A stretch of DNA of 64,000 nucleotides from an uncultured Helicobacteraceae bacterium. Lineage in GTDB: Bacteria; Campylobacterota; Campylobacteria; Campylobacterales; Helicobacteraceae. The notes beneath the pieces were generated by a model, which saw nothing but the letters and a program-made list of their open reading frames with translations, ran no database searches and was not told the DNA's origin. The translations under genes were made by a program, and so were the position numbers. The DNA is taken from NCBI GenBank assembly GCA_947176375.1, contig CAMWQM010000006.1, positions 13,531 through 77,530 on the forward strand, in the 5' to 3' direction. Positions 60,298 through 64,000 of this stretch are shown here, one piece after another. Numbering within the stretch: position 1 is the first letter of the stretch; the number at the start of each line of letters is the position of its first letter.

Positions 60298-61821
60298 GTG
60301 CAAAATATCTTTCTTGCCATAATATTTGCCTTTTTATTTAATGCATGTGCGTCTATGGGGGATATTGAAAAATTAGACAATCTCTATTTTCAAAATAATG
60401 ATATTTCTACATCTTATAATTATTCATTAAAATATAGCGATGATGATTTTTTATGGGCATTTCAAAGTGGAATCTTGGGCTTACAAAATAATGATTTATC
60501 TCAAAGCATAGAATTGTTAGATAAATCTGAAGCTTTCTTTGAGAGTGTGAATGCACAAAATGGCTTTAACATAGCACTAAAAACACTAGCTAGTATTTTG
60601 GTTAGTAATGGTATGTTTGAATATAGTGGGAATCTCTATGAAGCTGTTTTTATAAATCACTACAAAGCTTTGGCTTACATTATGCTTGAAGATTATGCTA
60701 AAGCAAGAGTTGAGTTTAATCGTGCAAATGATAGGCAGAGACGTTCGCGTGATTTTTTTGCAAACAAGATTGATGAAATAAATACGACAATACAACAGAA
60801 TAAAACTGAATATAGCAATAAAGTAAGTGATCTAAATATGTCTGCACTCTCAAGCACAGCAGATTCTATTATTATGCAACATTATAGTAATTTAGATAGA
60901 TTTAGAGCCTATGATGGATATGTAAATCCTTTCATTGCCTATGTTTCTGGTATATTTTTTCTAACACAAAATGATTTTGATAAAGCTAATGATTTGTTAA
61001 AGCAAGCCTATGCAATTAGCCAAAAAAGTGAGATTATAGAGGATTTAGAAATTTTAGAATCTAGAAAAAATAGAAGCAGTGGAGATAAAAATAACACACA
61101 GAGTTATACTTGGATTCTATTAGAAGATGGCAGGATTCCAAAAAAAGATGAAATTAGCATTGATTTGCCATTATTTTTCTTAAATAAAAATACTTTATTT
61201 TTTAATATCGCCCTGCCAAAGCTAGATGGTGGAAAAGTTTTTCATAATAATTATTTTATAGAATCTAAAAAATATGCAAATTTAATGCAAAATGTGGAAT
61301 CTAGAGTAGAATCTAGCACTTATTCGCATTCAACGCAAAATATACAATCCAGTGCAGAATCTAATATAGAAACCAGCACCTATTTTTATACACATTCTAA
61401 AGCGCAATTTAACGGATTTGAGATAAACAACCTAGAATCTATTATATCAAATGAATTTAGTATTGAACTGCCCTATATCGTGCTAACTTCTATCATTTCA
61501 TCATCTTATAAAGCATATTTACAGAATCTATTGGGAGAAAAATTAGGAATCTTAGGCTCAATTGGCGGAGCGATATTCAGCAAAGCTACGAGTAATGCTG
61601 ATACTAGAAGTTCACGCATTCTACCTCTTAGATTTATAATCTTTAGGATAAAAAATCAAAAAAATGATTTTTCAATATATGGAGATAATAAATTAATATA
61701 TAATTTTAGTCTCAATGAGGCTTGCAACCATTTGTGTCTAAATACTGATAATATAATTTATTTAAGGATATTACAAAACAATACAATAAGTCTAACACAT
61801 AGCATAAGGAGGAAAAAGTGA
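60298..61821 (+). CDS. Large lipoprotein of the Cj0089/COG3014-like family (TPR-like N-terminal region) with an internal motif-derived insert
   Basis: 507 aa with a GTG start after AGAGG and lipobox LFNACAS. It heads a four-gene lipoprotein cluster. The insert NVESRVESSTYSHSTQNIQSSAESNIETST is at about 61259-61441. Confidence 0.6.
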   Translation: MQNIFLAIIFAFLFNACASMGDIEKLDNLYFQNNDISTSYNYSLKYSDDDFLWAFQSGILGLQNNDLSQSIELLDKSEAFFESVNAQNGFNIALKTLASILVSNGMFEYSGNLYEAVFINHYKALAYIMLEDYAKARVEFNRANDRQRRSRDFFANKIDEINTTIQQNKTEYSNKVSDLNMSALSSTADSIIMQHYSNLDRFRAYDGYVNPFIAYVSGIFFLTQNDFDKANDLLKQAYAISQKSEIIEDLEILESRKNRSSGDKNNTQSYTWILLEDGRIPKKDEISIDLPLFFLNKNTLFFNIALPKLDGGKVFHNNYFIESKKYANLMQNVESRVESSTYSHSTQNIQSSAESNIETSTYFYTHSKAQFNGFEINNLESIISNEFSIELPYIVLTSIISSSYKAYLQNLLGEKLGILGSIGGAIFSKATSNADTRSSRILPLRFIIFRIKNQKNDFSIYGDNKLIYNFSLNEACNHLCLNTDNIIYLRILQNNTISLTHSIRRKK

Positions 61822-62420
61822 AAAATGTATTTTATATAATTGCGTGTATATTGTTATTTATAGGTTGTTCTAGCAAAGTAGAGTATTTATCTTTAGAGGA
61901 TTCTAAAGAGCTAACTTCAAGTGGGCTAGACTACCACGATATAGTAAATGCAGCGGAGCAAAGTGTGCAGTCTTTGCTAAATAGCAGATATGTAAAAAAT
62001 ATCAAGGATACACCAAAAGTTTTGGCAATCTCTGATGTGATTAATGACACTATGCAAATGCTAGATACAGAGCAATTAACCAGAAAAATCACAAGAGATA
62101 TGAGAGAGAGTGGGAAATTTGTCTTAACTTTAGCGATTAGTGGAAGTGGTGCTATGGTAGATTCTATGATTGATAAAGCAAGGGGTGTTAGAGATAATGA
62201 AGAGTTCAATCAATATACCACGATTGAAAAAGGCGAGTTGATTGCCCCAGAATTATCGCTATCTGGCAAAATTATTCAAAAGAATACAAAAGTAGGAAAC
62301 AAACAGAGGATTGATTATTATTTTCTACTAACCTTGACTGATATAAAAAGTGGGCTTGTAATTTGGGATGATGAAGTAAATATCATTAAAGTTGGCAGTA
62401 ACAAGAATGTAGCTTGGTAA
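61818..62420 (+). CDS. LpoB-like / COG3417 lipoprotein (Cj0091-like)
   Basis: 200 aa with lipobox LFIGCSS. KVLAISDVINDT...ELSLSGKI...YYFLLTLTDIKSGLVIWDDEV matches the LpoB-type C-terminal domain pattern. Confidence 0.65.
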   Translation: MKNVFYIIACILLFIGCSSKVEYLSLEDSKELTSSGLDYHDIVNAAEQSVQSLLNSRYVKNIKDTPKVLAISDVINDTMQMLDTEQLTRKITRDMRESGKFVLTLAISGSGAMVDSMIDKARGVRDNEEFNQYTTIEKGELIAPELSLSGKIIQKNTKVGNKQRIDYYFLLTLTDIKSGLVIWDDEVNIIKVGSNKNVAW

Positions 62421-62686
62421 TTAAGATTCCGCTTTAAAAAGCGTAATCTTTTTTTGCAAAGCTAATTAAAATCTTTAAATTTATAGTCTAAATCCTAGTC
62501 TAGCAAACTTTAAAAACATAACTAAATAAGATTATTTAAGTTATATATTTTTGAATTGATACAGAGAATAACAGCAATATATCTCTAGCTTAAAAAGCAA
62601 AAGCTTTCTTAACCTAATTGATAAAATATTTTAATATTTTTTAAGATATAATTTGCCTTATTTAAAGTTTATTTTAGGAGATTTGA

Positions 62687-63280
62687 ATGAGGATATTTAG
62701 GAATTTAATTTTAGGGCTTGGAATTTTATTATTTATAGCTGGCTGCTCTTCAAAAAATAATTTAGGTGAGGGAGCAAGCAGCATAGAAGATTCTGCTTTG
62801 GAAGTAAATAATCTAATGAATGCGCCTTCTTGGGTATTAAATGGAGGAGGAAGTGGATTTAGTGCGATTGGTTCGGCAGAAATTACAAAAGCTGGACTCC
62901 AATTTGCTAGAAATGAAGCTATTGCTATGGCTAGAGATGAGCTTGCAAGAATGATATCTGTAAAAATCGAAGGTGTTGTTAATAATGCGATTTCGCAAAG
63001 CATTGGGAATAATGCTTATGACTCTAGCTTCTCTAATGTAGAAAAATTTGGCGAGCAAATAACAAGACAAGTTGTCTCTCAAACTCTTACAGGCTCAAAG
63101 CAAAAAGACACTTGGATTACAGGTGATGGAAAGCAGATTTATGTATTAATTGAACTAGATTCGAATTTAGCAGAATCTGCAAGACAAAATATAATGAAAA
63201 ATATGTCTAGTAAAGATATGCCAGTAGAAAAAGATAAATTTTTAAACGCATTAGACAAAGCTTTGGGTAATGAGTTTTGA
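62687..63280 (+). CDS. LPP20 family lipoprotein (Lpp20-like)
   Basis: 197 aa with lipobox FIAGCSS and the LPP20 domain region GSAEITKAGLQFARNEAIAMARDELARMISVKIEG. A TATAAT box is at 62647-62652. Confidence 0.75.
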   Translation: MRIFRNLILGLGILLFIAGCSSKNNLGEGASSIEDSALEVNNLMNAPSWVLNGGGSGFSAIGSAEITKAGLQFARNEAIAMARDELARMISVKIEGVVNNAISQSIGNNAYDSSFSNVEKFGEQITRQVVSQTLTGSKQKDTWITGDGKQIYVLIELDSNLAESARQNIMKNMSSKDMPVEKDKFLNALDKALGNEF

Positions 63281-64000
63281 AAATCATAAAATATTTTTTA
63301 GCACTAATTTGTTCTCTAGGCTTTATTGCTTGCTCTAATGTGAGCTATCCTAGTTGGTATTTTTCAAGTAATCAAGATGAATATTATTTATATGGATTTG
63401 GTGAAGCAAAAAATTTGCAGGAGGCAAAAGCAGTGGCATTGCAAGATTTGGCTTATGGCATCTCGCTAAATTTGGAATCCAACCTAGAGGTTAAAAAACA
63501 ACAATTAGATTCCATATTTTCTAGTGGGGTTAGCAATGATATTGCAATTAGTGTGAATGATATTGAGTTAGATAGTATAGATTTTCCACTAATTGAGTAT
63601 AGTAATGATTTAATATACATTCAAGCAAGGCTAAGTAAAGAGAGATTTACAAATAAAATAAAAAGTGATATTAATGATTATGCCACTTCGATTAGAGGGA
63701 TTTTAAATGCTGTTAAAAGTTCAAATTGCAATACACTTTTACCAAAAGATAGAAAATCTTTGCAAGATTTACTAACAAAAGCGAATCTAAAAAATAATCT
63801 TTTGCTCTCATTTAATGAGGCTTTAGTGCAACAAAATTTATTTAGCAATGTAAAAACGATATTAGAAATGGAATCTAGTGCAGATTATACTACATATTTG
63901 GAAACTGGCAGTAACAGGGAATATGAATTAATTAATAGTGCTTTAATGAGCGAATATGGGAAGTTTTTTAATATCATTGCTAAGAATCCTGATCTTTTAC
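63277..64000 (+). CDS. LPP20-family lipoprotein (HP1457-like), 3' end outside the window
   Basis: TTG 63277 overlaps the preceding stop. The lipobox is LGFIACS and the LPP20-like region is YLYGFGEAKNLQEAKAVALQDLAYGIS. The frame stays open to the window end, and the ORF is not in the track because it is truncated. Confidence 0.6.
   Translation, partial: MKIIKYFLALICSLGFIACSNVSYPSWYFSSNQDEYYLYGFGEAKNLQEAKAVALQDLAYGISLNLESNLEVKKQQLDSIFSSGVSNDIAISVNDIELDSIDFPLIEYSNDLIYIQARLSKERFTNKIKSDINDYATSIRGILNAVKSSNCNTLLPKDRKSLQDLLTKANLKNNLLLSFNEALVQQNLFSNVKTILEMESSADYTTYLETGSNREYELINSALMSEYGKFFNIIAKNPDLL

Noticed and set aside
1-64000. I looked for rRNA, tmRNA, RNase P RNA, SRP RNA, riboswitches, IS elements/transposases and prophage genes.
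   Set aside because: I recognised no conserved signatures, such as the tmRNA GGGGCTGA start, the SRP GGAAGCAGCC motif or transposase DDE/zinc-finger ORFs. The only mobile-element trace is the integrase remnant. This was a by-eye search, so small ncRNAs could have been missed.

Overview
This is a low-GC (about 30% by eye) chromosomal window from a Campylobacterota genome, most likely a non-pylori Helicobacter. From memory, the gene order matches several H. pylori blocks: flhF-flhG-small membrane gene-fliA-fliM-fliY, fbp/rpe/dnaQ-like, rplI-hslV-hslU-era with a csd6-like gene nearby, and an Lpp20-type lipoprotein cluster.

Housekeeping genes: aroQ, an M24 peptidase, folK, ileS, metG, htpG, luxS, a CopZ-like gene, a DsbC/G-like gene, a MATE pump, a HAD phosphatase and an ABC transporter.

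Accessory content:
1. A type II-C cas9-cas1-cas2 operon, with a Cas9 very close to C. jejuni Cas9. I could find no CRISPR array or tracrRNA. Cas1 carries two large in-frame insertions. A decayed tyrosine-recombinase gene lies downstream and a tRNA-Met upstream.
2. A lipoprotein alpha-2-macroglobulin plus PBP1C pair.
3. A PilT-like ATPase divergent from a prepilin-like gene.
4. An AlgI/DltB-type MBOAT gene plus a DltD-like partner. The MBOAT gene is interrupted at a poly-G(9) tract.
5. Several gene-decay regions.

The strongest unexplained signal is a hyper-abundant palindromic 9-mer, TAGAWTCTA (extended roughly TTTAGAWTCTAAA). I found at least about 50 exact copies by eye, where about 2 are expected.
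- It occurs singly, and also as inverted pairs that form hairpins in intergenic DNA.
- It also occurs as clustered 100-300 bp modules sitting in-frame inside genes (MBOAT, the era 5' end, a lipoprotein and a sulfatase-family pseudogene). There it is translated as LDS/LES-rich low-complexity inserts.
- This resembles Rickettsia palindromic elements or uptake-sequence-like repeats.

All calls come from reading the sequence and ORF translations. No searches were run.
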